Source: Styela clava (lineage: Eukaryota). From it: 64,000 nucleotides of DNA. The translations under genes and the position numbers were made by a program. Positions 63,655-64,000 of this stretch are shown here, in pieces. Within the stretch, counting starts at the first letter, position 1. Every line of letters begins with the position of its first letter. The DNA lies in NCBI RefSeq assembly GCF_964204865.1, contig NC_135252.1:20398001-20462000 (forward strand), written 5' to 3'. The notes below the pieces were generated by a model. That model saw only the letters and a program-made list of their open reading frames with translations. It was not told the DNA's origin and did not search any database.

Positions 63655-64000
63655 TAAGTGGGCGATAAATGAAAAAAAGGTTAAGAACCACTGGTTTAGA
63701 TATTACTTGAATACTTGACAGGGTTTCTTGAGGCATTTCTAACACTTACGATTAAAAATTAGGCAGGCCATATATCTGAATGAATCGAATAAATCTCAAA
63801 TAAATGATGAAACATTTACTCCAGGTACAATTAAATAATCAAATTAATAACTTCAATGGAACATGAAAAATAAAAAATTTGTGTCGATTTTATTAAGAAT
63901 TCGCCTAGTAGTAGGCCTAGCCATTCGTTTAAGTGTATGACCTTATTACCGATCAGTCGATCGCGAACTATTTTGAAGATTTCAGTCGATCGCGGCCGAA
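63653..64000 (+). repeat. start of a third copy of ~12695-13042 / ~55965-56312
   Basis: aataagtgggc.ataaatgaa...gtcgatcgcggccgaa, near-identical to both earlier copies. Confidence 0.95.

Noticed and set aside
1-64000. tRNA, rRNA and CRISPR features
   Set aside because: None recognised by eye; a covariance-model scan would be needed to exclude small RNAs.

Overview
AT-rich, intron-containing animal genomic DNA. An invertebrate, possibly a tunicate, is my guess from composition and repeat style only. The short ORFs in the supplied track are mostly exons or noise. (1) The main feature is a ~27 kb plus-strand gene (23284-~50452): a 31-codon leader exon followed by 22 tandem two-exon modules. Every intron is phase 0, giving ~2070 aa by hand count. 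Each ~93-aa module resembles the alpha-helical C-terminal lid (SBD-alpha) of HSP70-family proteins, and no ATPase or SBD-beta domain is seen. (2) An uninterrupted minus-strand 205-aa ORF has a ParB/Srx-like (Tox-ParB-like, SLDNRRL) domain and a C-terminal hydrophobic tail anchor. (3) Both genes lie in a ~43 kb tandem duplication (~2015-22480 vs ~45155-63620, about 97% identical in the ParB-like CDS). The window therefore holds the rearranged 3' end of one lid-repeat gene, one complete copy, two ParB-like genes, and a fold-back junction at 63594-63654 into a third partial copy. (4) Mobile DNA includes many hAT-type MITEs (several nested, 8-bp TSDs), Helentron/DINE-like elements, a 9-bp-TSD MITE and a BEL/Pao LTR-retrotransposon fragment, some present in only one duplicate. 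All exon and family calls were made by eye with no database search.
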